Assembly (NCBI GenBank): GCA_963748265.1
Contig: CAVVIG010000001.1
Coordinates: 329,959 to 393,958 of the forward strand
Length of the DNA stretch: 64,000 nt
DNA from: an uncultured Acidobacteriota bacterium
GTDB taxonomy: Bacteria; Acidobacteriota; Vicinamibacteria; Vicinamibacterales; CAVVIG01
Direction of reading: 5' to 3'
The position numbers were made by a program, and so were the translations under genes. The notes under the pieces were generated by a model. It did no database searches, was not told where the DNA came from, and saw nothing but the letters and a program-made list of their open reading frames with translations. Of this stretch, positions 42,025-52,259 are shown piece by piece. Every line of letters begins with the position of its first letter. Within the stretch, counting starts at the first letter, position 1.

Positions 42025-43508
42025 CAGAACCCCGTCGTCTCGGGCCGTTGATAGTGCATGAGCCGCTGCAGGATGCGCAGCTCGTACGGTGCGTCGTACA
42101 CGCGAAGCTTGTAGCGCCACGCGCTGGCCATCCGCAGCAGCGCCCGCCGCGCCCGCGTGAGCCGGCGATCGGTGACGGTCGGATAGAACGCGTTCAGGAC
42201 CCGTTCGAAATTGCGGACACGGCGCCGGATCGCGCCGTCCATCCACGGGATCCCGTCTCCGCGCCGCATCATCGCCTGGCGCCACTCGTGCGAGGCCCAC
42301 TCGTCGAGCGTCTTCGGAAACGCGAAGCCCCACGTCTCCGCCTGCTCGTACATCGAGCCGTCCATCGGGACCGGCGTGTAGGTGTACAGGATGACTTCGG
42401 TCGCGGGGTTTACCGCCTTGATGCCCCTGATGAACTCGAAGGTCCGCACGGCGTCGCCCTGCGGATCGGGCGGCGATCCGAGCACGAACGAGTATTCGGG
42501 CACGACGCCGTAGCGCTTCATGCGCGCGGCCAGCGCGACGGCCAGTTCCGGCGCCGCGGTGCCCCCCTTGTTCATCGCTGCCAGGGTCTCGGCAGATCCG
42601 GACTCCGCGCCGGCAAACACCATGGCGAGCCCCGATCGCGCCATCGCGTCCCACGTGCGGTCGGAGTACTTCATCAGCGTGTCCACGCGCCCGAGCGCCC
42701 ACCACCGGAGGCCGAGCGGCGCGATCCGTTCTGAGAATTCTGCGACGCGCGCCTCCGAGATGAAAAAGTCCATGTCGTGCATCATCACGGAGTCGATGTG
42801 CCAGTCCGCCTGGAGGCGGCGCAGCGTCCGCTCCATCCGCCCCGGCGACTGGGCCAGCCAGCGGCGCTGGCTCATCGCAACCACTGCGCAGAAGCTGCAC
42901 GCGAAAGGACACCCGAACGACGAGTTGTGCGCCACGGTCCGGCGACCGAGGTACGTCGGATGGATGTACTGATCCATGTCGACGCGGTCGTACGGATACT
43001 CCGGCAGTTCGTCCAGTTGCGTCATCGCGGCCGGCGCGTTCCGGACGATTGCGCCGTCGGGCATCCGCCGGCAGAGGCTCCCGACGGACGCCAGCGGCCG
43101 CTCCCCGCGCAGCGCGGCGATCAGTTCGAGAAGCGGCTGCTCCCCCTGGGATCGCACGACATAGTCGACGAAGCCGGATGCCAGCACCGTGTCGGTGTGA
43201 TGTGTCGGGAAGTAGCCGCCCCACACGATCACCAGATCGGGGTACGCGGCGCGCAGGCGCTTGCAGACCGGAACGGCCTGGCTCACCTGCGGACCGGGCA
43301 TCACGGTGACCGCCAGGACGACTGGCTGCGATCGGCCGCGCCACTCCTCGATGTGTGCAGCGATGGCCGCCGCCGGCTCCGGAACCGTGTTGCCGTCCAC
43401 CAGCACCCAGGGCTCGCGGCCTTCGACCACCGCGGCGAGCGCCATGATCGACAACGGCAGCGGCTGCTTCCCTGGCGTCGTCGAGAGCGGGTTGAAGAAG
43501 ACGATCAT
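42024..43508 (-). CDS. Cobalamin-binding (class B) radical SAM protein
   Basis: B12 domain (PLPLSIMALAA, VWGGYFPT, QGEQPL) plus GCPFACSFC; GAESGS. Confidence 0.92.
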   Translation of the reverse strand: MIVFFNPLSTTPGKQPLPLSIMALAAVVEGREPWVLVDGNTVPEPAAAIAAHIEEWRGRSQPVVLAVTVMPGPQVSQAVPVCKRLRAAYPDLVIVWGGYFPTHHTDTVLASGFVDYVVRSQGEQPLLELIAALRGERPLASVGSLCRRMPDGAIVRNAPAAMTQLDELPEYPYDRVDMDQYIHPTYLGRRTVAHNSSFGCPFACSFCAVVAMSQRRWLAQSPGRMERTLRRLQADWHIDSVMMHDMDFFISEARVAEFSERIAPLGLRWWALGRVDTLMKYSDRTWDAMARSGLAMVFAGAESGSAETLAAMNKGGTAAPELAVALAARMKRYGVVPEYSFVLGSPPDPQGDAVRTFEFIRGIKAVNPATEVILYTYTPVPMDGSMYEQAETWGFAFPKTLDEWASHEWRQAMMRRGDGIPWMDGAIRRRVRNFERVLNAFYPTVTDRRLTRARRALLRMASAWRYKLRVYDAPYELRILQRLMHYQRPETTGF

Positions 43509-44416
43509 CGCGCCACCCAGACGCCGAAGGCCGCAGGGTCGCGTTTCAGCCGCCGCCGCGACCACGTGCGCCGCGCGCGCCAGGCCAATGGCCCCCGGGA
43601 CGGATAGAACGCGGATCGCCGGCCCAGCCTGCCCGCGATCGCACCGAGCCGCTCGAAAGTCAGGAATCCGACGCCCGGCCGGATCGGCGGTGCCGCATCG
43701 CCGCTCTGTTCGCGAATCCGTTCGAGCTGCTCCTGCACCATGGCTTCTCCGTCCGCAGTGGTCTTGAAGGTCGGTGAGTCCATGACGACGAGCGCCCCGC
43801 CCTCGCTCAGCATGTGGTCGGCTTCACGCAGCGTCTGCGCCGGATCGCTGGCGTAATGCAGCGACGCGTTGAGAACGACGACATCGAATTGCCCTGCCGC
43901 AAACGGCAGCGCATCGAAGTCCGCACGCACGGCGACGAACGCGTGGTCGTACATGCGGCTGATCGGCAGTCCTTCGTCGTCGTCATCCAGCAGATCCACC
44001 GCCACCGCGTCATGCCCGAGCGACGCCATGCGGTTCGAGAACCAGCCGGATCCAGCGCCCAGGTCGAGGACCCGCAGCGGGCGATCGGGGTTCGAAAGCA
44101 CGCCCGCGCGCGGTGACAGCAGCGTGCGGTAGCTTTCGCCGCGGATGCGCCATTCGTCGGCGTGCGGATCCTCCGCGTCGGTCAGCGGCAGCGCGCGATA
44201 GTACGCAGCCGTTCGCGCCGTGCGCCCTTCTTCCCGGCGCACGCGCCGGTACTGCTCGATGAACGGCTGCCGTGCGGCGGCACGGGCGCTGGTCAGGAAC
44301 CGGTAGATGCCGTCGTCGTGGTCGAACCTGAGCTTGCACGTGCGGCATTCGAATCCCTGGCCGCGCGTCGAGACGCGGGCGCGGCACTCCGGGCAGACGA
44401 AGGCGGGCAGCCACAT
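43505..44416 (-). CDS. Class I SAM methyltransferase with N-terminal Trm112-like zinc ribbon
   Basis: CPEC...CRTC; VLDLGAGSGW; LPFAAGQFDVVVLNASLHY. Confidence 0.88.
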   Translation of the reverse strand: MWLPAFVCPECRARVSTRGQGFECRTCKLRFDHDDGIYRFLTSARAAARQPFIEQYRRVRREEGRTARTAAYYRALPLTDAEDPHADEWRIRGESYRTLLSPRAGVLSNPDRPLRVLDLGAGSGWFSNRMASLGHDAVAVDLLDDDDEGLPISRMYDHAFVAVRADFDALPFAAGQFDVVVLNASLHYASDPAQTLREADHMLSEGGALVVMDSPTFKTTADGEAMVQEQLERIREQSGDAAPPIRPGVGFLTFERLGAIAGRLGRRSAFYPSRGPLAWRARRTWSRRRLKRDPAAFGVWVAR

Positions 44417-44419
44417 GTC

Positions 44420-45232
44420 TCACATCCGCTCGAGCACGATGAGGAAGTGATCGCCCAGCAGCCGCACCACGGGCCACGTGCCGACAGCTTCGTCCACCCC
44501 GAGCAGTCGCGCCAGCAGCCGCGGCCGGCGCGCTGCCGACCCGGCAAGGTACGGTGGAGGCGCGACGACGCCGAGCCCTTCGAGGTGCCGGCATCTGAAG
44601 CCAGCCGCGCGGAACATCCTGGTGAACGCGCGCGGCGCGATGTACTGCATCCACACCGTGCCGCCCTCGAGCGGGACGGCCACTGCCTCGCCCGCCCAGC
44701 GCACCGTCGCGCGCCGGACATCTCCCCGTAACAGATACAGCGCCACCTCCCAGGGGCACGCCCGGCCGATGACCGAGGCGACCAGCACCCCACCGGGCCT
44801 GATCAGGGCGTGGATCTGGTTCGCGACGTCGGGGAGATCGCCAACGCAGTTCAGCGGGCCGAAGTTCGACAGCGCGGCGTCGAAGCGGCAGGTGCCGAGA
44901 CTCGCCACTTGCTCGAGCGGAAGTTGTTGCACGGTGACGTGGTCCGCCATGCCGGTCGTGGCCGCACGCAGCGCCGCGACGCGTGTCATTTCCGGCGACG
45001 CGTCGATCGCGGTCACTCGGTATCCGGCGGCCACGAGCGCCGGATGGTCGGTGCCAGGCCCGCACCCCAGATCGACGACCTCCGCGCCGGCCCGGGCGTG
45101 AGCCGTCAGCGCTCGCATCACCCTGCGCCGCATGTGCTCGAGAATCGGGTTCTCGATGTTCGATCGGTGGTAAGCCGCCGCGACGCCGTCGAACGCCCGG
45201 ACGGTGGCCTGGCTGCGGACGGCACTGCTCAC
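44420..45232 (-). CDS. Class I SAM methyltransferase
   Basis: RAFDGVAAAY, VVDLGCGPGTD, AIDASPEM, FDAALSNFGPLNC; GTGA overlap. Confidence 0.88.
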   Translation of the reverse strand: MSSAVRSQATVRAFDGVAAAYHRSNIENPILEHMRRRVMRALTAHARAGAEVVDLGCGPGTDHPALVAAGYRVTAIDASPEMTRVAALRAATTGMADHVTVQQLPLEQVASLGTCRFDAALSNFGPLNCVGDLPDVANQIHALIRPGGVLVASVIGRACPWEVALYLLRGDVRRATVRWAGEAVAVPLEGGTVWMQYIAPRAFTRMFRAAGFRCRHLEGLGVVAPPPYLAGSAARRPRLLARLLGVDEAVGTWPVVRLLGDHFLIVLERM

Positions 45233-46254
45233 TGCCACGGCGCGCTCCGCCAGCCGGTGCGCATCGAACAGACGCAGCGGGTGCAGATGGGATCGTCGGC
45301 CATGGACAACGCCGCCCGAAACACCGGCAGCTGACGGCGGACGATGGTGTCGAGAGTCGCGTGCCTGATGGATCCGACCGGTTCGTGGAAGAAGCACGGG
45401 CGCACGGCGCCGTTCGCCTCGATGACGACCGACATGTACGGCGCGTTGCACTGCACTGGCGGAAACGGCCCCAACCCCGCCACCGCGGCGTAGTACAGCG
45501 GCAGGCGGCGAAGCTTGTCCGGCGACTCCGCGATGAAGCCGCACGCAAAGTCGTCCGCACGTTCGGAGATCGTCTGCTCGACGAGGTCGGCGAACTCGGC
45601 GATGTCGTTCGCGGAAAGCGCCAGCGACGCCGCGTCCGGTTGCTCGCGCCGCCCGAACGCGCGCGACGACAGGTCTGCCGCGAGGAACGAGATCCCGTCC
45701 AGCGCCATCGCCCTCGCGTGCTCGACCAGCCGCGGCAGCTCGCGGAAGTTCAGGCGGTGCAGCGTCGTGCGCGCGGTCACCGGCAGCCGGGGGCCGATCG
45801 CCCGCAGACGGGCGACGCCCTGCTCGACGATCGGAAGCGCCGCGATGCCACGCACGGCGCGGTAGCCCTCCTCGTCCGAGGAGTCGAGCGAGACGATGAC
45901 GCGGCTGAAGAGTCTGGCCACGTCCGGCGCGCACCGATCCAGCAGCACACCGCTCGTATGCAGGTGCAGCGTGATGTTGCGGCTCGCGAACAGCGCCGCG
46001 GCGTCGAACACCTCTGGCCGGAGCAGCGGCTCCCCTCCCGAGAACAGCACGACCCGTGTGCCAAGCGCGGGCAACGACGCAGCGAACCCCTCGATCTCTT
46101 CGAGCGTCAGCTCCCCTTCGCCGTCGGCCTTCCACCAGTCGCACGACACGCAGCGGCTGTTGCAGCGGCCGGTCGGGTAGAACACCACCACCGGGAGGAC
46201 CAGCGTCCGGTTGGTCAGCTCGCTCATGCGGACCAGCAGTGCGGTGTTCAGCAT
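45229..46254 (-). CDS. Radical SAM protein with SPASM/twitch domain
   Basis: CNSRCVSC, FSGGEPLLR, C-terminal CNAPYMSVVIEANGAVRPC...CTRCVC. Confidence 0.92.
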   Translation of the reverse strand: MLNTALLVRMSELTNRTLVLPVVVFYPTGRCNSRCVSCDWWKADGEGELTLEEIEGFAASLPALGTRVVLFSGGEPLLRPEVFDAAALFASRNITLHLHTSGVLLDRCAPDVARLFSRVIVSLDSSDEEGYRAVRGIAALPIVEQGVARLRAIGPRLPVTARTTLHRLNFRELPRLVEHARAMALDGISFLAADLSSRAFGRREQPDAASLALSANDIAEFADLVEQTISERADDFACGFIAESPDKLRRLPLYYAAVAGLGPFPPVQCNAPYMSVVIEANGAVRPCFFHEPVGSIRHATLDTIVRRQLPVFRAALSMADDPICTRCVCSMRTGWRSAPWQ

Positions 46255-47813
46255 GTGAGCGGACCCTGGTCGCTGGGCACCGCCGCAGCCTGCGGCGACA
46301 GCACGGGCACGAGCGGCAGCGTCGGACGGACCGACTGTGGCTCAGAGGCAAGCCGACGGACGCGGCGCGACAGCAGCGGATAGCGAAGGGCGGCGCTGAG
46401 GCCACCGGCCAGCACGGCCATCGTCCCCGACTCCCTCCGGTGCCCGTGCGCGTCGCAACGGCGCACATGCCTTCCGCGCAGCAGGTCCGCCGCCCTCTGC
46501 ATGCGCATCCGCGCGTGCACCAGCGGATGCAGCGCACGATAGAACTCGGGCACATACGTGGCGCGGAACATCACGGCGAGATCTGCGGAATCGATCCAGT
46601 TGCGCTTGTCTCCCAACTGCGACTGCACCCGGTCGTGGAACGCTGTCCCCGGCAGCGGGTACGACACCGAGATCCCGACATCGTCGGGCCGGCATCGGCG
46701 AAGGACCGCGAGCGTCTGGTCGATGTCCTCCATCGTCTCGCCCGGGTAGCCGAACTGCAGGAACCAGCCGACCTCGATGCCGGCGCCTCGCAGCAACCGC
46801 GTCGCCTCTTCGATCTGATCGACGCGCGTGCCCTTCTCCATCGCGTCCAGCACGCGCTGCGATCCGGACTCCGCACCAATCCACACCGTCCGGCACCCGG
46901 CGCGCTGGAGTGCCGCGGTTCTGGCCTCGTTCACGCCGTCGGCGCGCATCAGGCACTTGAAGGGAATGGCCGCGTCGCGTGCGCGCATTTCGTCGGCAAA
47001 CACCTCGATCCACCCCGGCTTCAGGCCGAAGATGTCGTCGGTAATCCACATGTGGTCCGGGCGATAGGTCGTCTGCAGCCAGGCAACTTCGTCCGCCACC
47101 GACGCCGCCGACCGCGCTGCATACCGTTGCCCGTAGATCGGTTTCGCGCACCAGTTGCAGTGATAGGGACACCCGCGCGTTGTCGCGATGCTCATCGAGA
47201 AGTAGCCGTGTGCCTGCGTCCAGATCGCGCGATACCGCTCGATGTCCACGAGGTCCCAGGCCGGTCTCGGAAAGGCGTCGAGATCGCGCGCGACAGAGCG
47301 CGCCGGCGTGCGGATGACCGTGCCACCACGATCGAGGACCAGACCCGGCACGTTGTGCAGCGACGCGACGCCGGATCGGATCGTGCCGATTGCGTGCACG
47401 AGCGTCGCTTCGCCCTCGCCGGCGATCACAGCCAATGCGCCCTGCCGCAGGTAGATCTCCGGGTGATCGGACGCGTCCGATCCGCCCACCATGACGGGAA
47501 CGCCGCGCGCACGCGCCGCGGCTATCATCACGAGCGCGGCTTCGCGCATCCGAAGCAGGCACATCTTGCTCAGATAGTTGAAGCTGTCTTCGTAGATGAC
47601 CGCGACGGCCGGGCGGTGTCGGTCGAGCGCCTCGGCCCACTCGTCTTCAGACTCCGCCAGCATGGCGTCGAACAGCGCGACCGAGTACCCGCACTCGCGC
47701 ACGCAGGCCGCTGCGTAGAGCGCGCCAAGCGGCGGATACGGCTGGCGCGCCGCCCGGAGCGCCGGATCGAATCGCAGGTAGTACGCCTGCCCGATGAGCA
47801 CGTCCACAGACAT
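46248..47813 (-). CDS. Cobalamin-binding (class B) radical SAM protein
   Basis: PYPPLGALYAAA, GEGEATL, RGCPYHCNWC, GAESGSQRVLDAMEKG, FGYPGET, YPLPGT. Confidence 0.92.
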   Translation of the reverse strand: MSVDVLIGQAYYLRFDPALRAARQPYPPLGALYAAACVRECGYSVALFDAMLAESEDEWAEALDRHRPAVAVIYEDSFNYLSKMCLLRMREAALVMIAAARARGVPVMVGGSDASDHPEIYLRQGALAVIAGEGEATLVHAIGTIRSGVASLHNVPGLVLDRGGTVIRTPARSVARDLDAFPRPAWDLVDIERYRAIWTQAHGYFSMSIATTRGCPYHCNWCAKPIYGQRYAARSAASVADEVAWLQTTYRPDHMWITDDIFGLKPGWIEVFADEMRARDAAIPFKCLMRADGVNEARTAALQRAGCRTVWIGAESGSQRVLDAMEKGTRVDQIEEATRLLRGAGIEVGWFLQFGYPGETMEDIDQTLAVLRRCRPDDVGISVSYPLPGTAFHDRVQSQLGDKRNWIDSADLAVMFRATYVPEFYRALHPLVHARMRMQRAADLLRGRHVRRCDAHGHRRESGTMAVLAGGLSAALRYPLLSRRVRRLASEPQSVRPTLPLVPVLSPQAAAVPSDQGPLTC

Positions 47814-47815
47814 CG

Positions 47816-48973
47816 TCACGACCGCAGCACGGCAGGCATCGGCTGGCGCGCGCCGACGCGCGCCAGCACGACACTCCTGTAGACATCCAGCGTCTCCGCT
47901 GCGGTGCGCTCCCACGAGAACTGCGCGGACCGTCGAAGGCCCAGCGCGGACATCTGGCGCCGCCGTTCCCTGTCGTGCGCCAGCGAGACCAGTGCCTCAC
48001 CCAGTGACTCGACGCTCAGCGGATCCACCCGGCAGACGGCATCGCCGCCGACCTCCGCCAGCGCCGCCGCGGCACCGACGATGACCGGCGTTCCGCAGGC
48101 CATCGCCTCCACGACCGGCAGGCCGAACCCCTCGTAAACGGATGGGAACACGAACATCTCGGCAAGGCTGTAGAGACACGGCAGATCCTCGAACGGCACA
48201 TACCCGGTGAACCGGACCGCATCGCGTACGCCGAGGCGATCGATCTGGTGATCGACGTCGCGCGACAGCCACCCGTACGGTCCGACGCAGACCAGCTGGT
48301 GCGGCAGGCCTGCCGCGCGCCGACGCCGCGCGAACGCTTCGAGCAGCAGCGGAAGGTTCTTGCGAGGCTCGATCGTCCCGACATAGAGCACGAAGCGATC
48401 GGCCAGCCCGTAACGGTCGCGCACGCGCTCGAGCGCCGCCGCGTCGCGCACGGGACGGAACGCCGGCGCCGCGGCCTCGTGGACCACGTGCACGCGACAC
48501 TCATCGATCCCAAAGAGGCGGACGATGTCACGCCGGGCTGCCTGGGAAACCGTGATGATGGCGTCGGCCCGCCGTGCCGCGACGTGGACGAACGGCCGGT
48601 TGAGCGCCACCCGGCGCGGCGGGTGGAACCGCGGGAACAGCGTCAGGCTCATGTCATGGATGGTGACGATGGTGGGTACCGGCAGTGCGAGCGGCACCAT
48701 CCCGTTGGTGAAGTGCACGACGTCGGCCCGCAGGCGGCGCAGCAGCCGTGGGGCATGCGCCTGCATCCAGACCAGGCGCGGCGCCCAGGCTGCGCAGACT
48801 TCGGTCTTCACCGACTCTGGCAATGGTGCCTCGGTGTCGATGGGACGATTCGAGATGACCGTAATCGCGTCCGCGTCTGCACGCGCGGCGAGGTGCCGCA
48901 GCAGGTGCTCGCTGTAGTAGCCGACCCCGGTGCGGCCCGGCCGGATCGTGGTCCCGTCAAAGGCGATGTGCAT
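47816..48973 (-). CDS. Glycosyltransferase family 4 (mannosyltransferase-like)
   Basis: TIHDMS, YVGTIEPRKNL, FPSVYEGFGLPVVEAMACG. Confidence 0.92.
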   Translation of the reverse strand: MHIAFDGTTIRPGRTGVGYYSEHLLRHLAARADADAITVISNRPIDTEAPLPESVKTEVCAAWAPRLVWMQAHAPRLLRRLRADVVHFTNGMVPLALPVPTIVTIHDMSLTLFPRFHPPRRVALNRPFVHVAARRADAIITVSQAARRDIVRLFGIDECRVHVVHEAAAPAFRPVRDAAALERVRDRYGLADRFVLYVGTIEPRKNLPLLLEAFARRRRAAGLPHQLVCVGPYGWLSRDVDHQIDRLGVRDAVRFTGYVPFEDLPCLYSLAEMFVFPSVYEGFGLPVVEAMACGTPVIVGAAAALAEVGGDAVCRVDPLSVESLGEALVSLAHDRERRRQMSALGLRRSAQFSWERTAAETLDVYRSVVLARVGARQPMPAVLRS

Positions 48974-50711
48974 GGTGTCCAGCGGCGGTCCCACTCGCTG
49001 CGGCAAGGCCGATCACGATGGCGATGAGGATGTAAGTGCCCGTGAAGGAGAGAAACGAGTCCAGCAGCCCGTGAGCCCCGATGGCCACACAGCCTGCGGC
49101 GATGCCGCATCCGAGCGCCGACGCCTGAAATGCGATCAGCGCATGACGCGACGTGCGCAGGACCAGCCACAACAGGGCCGCCGCGCCGAGAAGACCGGCG
49201 CCCGCGAGCACCTCGATGTACATGTTGTTGCTGTGAACGCGCGGGTCGGCCTCGCCCAGGCTCGCATATGGCCCGTAGCGCAGGCGGTAGTTGTCCGGGC
49301 CGACTCCGAGGAGCGGACGCTCCGCCGTCATCCGCAGCGCAGCCCCCCACAGGACTCCCCGCCCCGGCCGAACCGCGGCACGGGGTAGACGCTCGGGTCC
49401 TGAACGCCGGAGAGGCATCGCGCGTTCCGGCCCGGTCACCACGCCCTTCGTGAACCAGAGCACGGCGCCGGGTTCGGTCGAGAACCACAGTCGCTTCGGC
49501 TGCTCGATGTCCCACAGCAGTCGATACGTCCCGGGTTTCCCGGGCGCGCGGACGTCCGCCTCCAGCGTCGACCACGCCCCGCGCGGCATCCGGCTGCTGA
49601 AGGGGGTGCGATCGTTCTCCCAGGCCACCACGCGGTCCGAATCGGCGGCGATCCAGTGATACGAGAGCTGCACGGCGTCCGGCGACGCGGGGTCCCAGGT
49701 TGTCCGCCCGTCGTTGGTCACGCGCAGCTGCACGCGGCGGATTTGCCCGGTCTCGAAGGACAACGTGGGCGGCGCATCGATGCGGGCGCTGTACCAGTTG
49801 CTCTGCCCCTCCGTCGTGAACCGAAGACGGAGCGTCTCGAATGAGCGCGACGAGGCGATCAGCGCGATCACCACGAGCGCCACGACGCCAAGCGCGCGCG
49901 TCTCCCGCGACAGGCCATGCCGGCGCCATTGCCACACACCGGCGACCGCGAGACAGAGGGCCATCGTGATCAGACCGGCACGCGTGAACGTCAGGATGAT
50001 GGCCTGAGCGATCAGCACCAGGACGGCTCCGCGCCCCGTCAGCGCCCGCAGCGTCCCGCCGCGGGCGTCCAGCAGCAGCCCGAGACCGATCGCAAACGCC
50101 ACTTCCAAGTACATGGAGGTGATCGTGGGGTACTGAAACGGCCCGGACGCTCGCACCTGCGTTCCGACGACCGCCACACCTTCGCGAAACGGCGCGAACA
50201 GGCGTGCGGCCAGCACGGGTTGTGTGTAGTCGAGCACCACGAGACCCGCGACCAGTACGCCCGACGCGACAATGGCCACGGCAACCAGGCGCACGTGACG
50301 CTCGGAGGAGAGCCCCGCCACGCACATCGTCCAGATCGCTCCAGCCGCGATGATGCGTGCGGCCATGTGAAGCGCGTTGAGCTGATGGAGGGGCGCGGCG
50401 AGCGCCGCGATCACGCAGATACCTGCGAAGAGTGCCCAGGCTGCCGCGTCGCGCATGGGAAGGCGCGGCACCGTGCGGGTGCGCACCACGCTGAGCGCAA
50501 ACATGCCGAGCACCGTGGCCAGGACCACCTCCACCGAGGACAGGGCCTGGCCTGGCAGCGCGAGCACCGGCTGCAGCGTTTCGAACGGCGCCATCGCGAC
50601 GAGCGCAACGCATCCGACCGCCGCCACGCGGGCCGCTGCGGCGACAGACCCGTCGTGACGAATGAACGCGAGGCGCGCGTCCGAGCGCGTCCACGCACCG
50701 ACATCAGACAT
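48957..50711 (-). CDS. O-antigen ligase/Wzy-like membrane protein with inserted Ig-like periplasmic domain
   Basis: Many TM helices; RASGPFQYP, LTFTRAG, PLLGVGPDNY, HSNNMYIEVLAGAG; insert VTNDGRTTW...LSYHW...PGTYRLLWDI. Confidence 0.85.
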   Translation of the reverse strand: MSDVGAWTRSDARLAFIRHDGSVAAAARVAAVGCVALVAMAPFETLQPVLALPGQALSSVEVVLATVLGMFALSVVRTRTVPRLPMRDAAAWALFAGICVIAALAAPLHQLNALHMAARIIAAGAIWTMCVAGLSSERHVRLVAVAIVASGVLVAGLVVLDYTQPVLAARLFAPFREGVAVVGTQVRASGPFQYPTITSMYLEVAFAIGLGLLLDARGGTLRALTGRGAVLVLIAQAIILTFTRAGLITMALCLAVAGVWQWRRHGLSRETRALGVVALVVIALIASSRSFETLRLRFTTEGQSNWYSARIDAPPTLSFETGQIRRVQLRVTNDGRTTWDPASPDAVQLSYHWIAADSDRVVAWENDRTPFSSRMPRGAWSTLEADVRAPGKPGTYRLLWDIEQPKRLWFSTEPGAVLWFTKGVVTGPERAMPLRRSGPERLPRAAVRPGRGVLWGAALRMTAERPLLGVGPDNYRLRYGPYASLGEADPRVHSNNMYIEVLAGAGLLGAAALLWLVLRTSRHALIAFQASALGCGIAAGCVAIGAHGLLDSFLSFTGTYILIAIVIGLAAASGTAAGHHAHRL

Positions 50712-50932
50712 GAGCGTGGCTGCCGTCGGTCCAAGAACCTTGCCACGGCGCGCGACGAGCGCCGCGCGAGGGGCACGCGCGGTGCATACCGGCAAGGCCG
50801 CCGTCGCGCCGCGTTTTCTGCCGCATTTCGCCGTGCGTCGGGATCGCGCCGGCATTCGCGGCGGTTGTGCGCCGACGGCGTCGCCCAGGTATCCGACGCG
50901 ACGCCCGCAGGATGGTTACGACAACCGAAAAG

Positions 50933-52259
50933 ATGTTTCGCAAAGGGAAACCGGACGGACCGCGCGTGGTCGCTGACGCCGCCCTGCCCGCGCGCTCGCA
51001 GCGAGGACTCGTCCTCTATCGCGCTGTCTCCGATGTCGCCGCCAAGGGCGCCATGTTCCTCGTAACGGTTGCGGCAGCACGGCGCCTCGATGCGAACGCT
51101 TTTGGCCTCTTCGCACTCGCGACGACACTCGGATGGCTCGTCGCGGTCGGTTCCGACTTCGGGCTGCAGCTGCATACGGCACGTGCGGTCGCGCAGGCGC
51201 CGGCCGAGGCCTGGTCGCTGGTGCGCCAATGGCTCCGCGTGCGCATCCTCACGGGCATCGCAGCGCTCGCGATCGCGGTCGTCGCCCTGGGGATCGTGGA
51301 CATCGACCGCGCGACGCGCCCGATCGTCCTGGTGTTCGTCCTGGCGTACTCGGCCCAGGGGCTCACCGAGTTCTTCCATTACGTCTTCCGTGGGCTTGGC
51401 CGCAGCGACGTCGAGTCCACCCTCACGCTCGTGCAACGCGGCCTGATGCTGATGTGCTGCGCCGTCGTGCTCGTGTGGGCGCCCTCGGCAGCAGGGCTCG
51501 CCGCCGCGCTGCTCATCGCGTCAGCCGTGGCAGCAATGATGGGATGGGTCGTCACTCGACGCCTCGTCGCCGAAACCTCGTCGGAAGCCGACTCTCGCCC
51601 GCCGGACGGCAGCCAGACCCGCGAGTTCATGGCCCTGGTCGCGCCGATTGGCGCGGGCATCCTGCTGTCGGCGCTGTACCTTCCGGATCGATGTGTTCCT
51701 GCTCGATCGCTGGACTGGCGCCGCGGCCGTCGGCCTCTACGCGTCGGTGTTCCGCATCGTCGACGCGCTGCGGCTCTTCCCTGCGGCAGTACTGGCCGTG
51801 GCGTTGCCGGAGCTGTGCCGGACCACCATCCTGCAGCCGGTCACACGGCTCGCCCTCCGCCTTGGCGCGGCGGCCGCTGCGTTGAGCGCCGCGCTCTGGG
51901 TCGTCGCGCCGCGACTGGTTCCGGCGGTGTACGGTCCCACATTTGTCCCGGCGGTCGAGCCGTTTCGCGTGCTGCTGCTCGCCTTCCCGCTGATGGCGAT
52001 CAACTACGCGCTCACTCACCAGTTGATCGGCTGGCATGGGCAGAGGGCGTACGCCCTGCTCTGCGGCTCGGCGCTCGCGCTCAACGTCGGCGTCAATGCG
52101 CGATGGATCCCGCGGTACGGTGCGGCGGGCGCCGCGTGGTCCACGCTCGTCACCGAGCTGTTCGTGCTCGCGGGCTGCGCCGGCGCGCTCCTCTACGCGC
52201 GCCGGACGGCGACGGCGCGCGTCGACGCGATTCCCGAGCAGGTGCCGGTGGCCTCATGA
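50933..52259 (+). CDS. Wzx-type oligosaccharide flippase, frameshift near 51680 (start uncertain)
   Basis: ARRLDANAFGLFALA, SDFGL, FRIDVFLL...AAAVGLYASVFRI, IPRYGAAGAAWSTLVTE. Confidence 0.87.

Noticed and set aside
8562-47882. Long antisense or alternative-frame ORFs in the track (e.g. 8562-9848, 10013-11431, 26453-27814, 30858-32372, 46056-47882)
   Set aside because: Arg/Ala/Pro-rich shadows of real genes, expected in high-GC DNA; no recognisable motifs
50729-50744. Sigma54-like TGGCAAGGTTCTTGG upstream of the ligase-like gene (minus strand)
   Set aside because: The -12 element reads GG rather than the conserved GC; too weak to call
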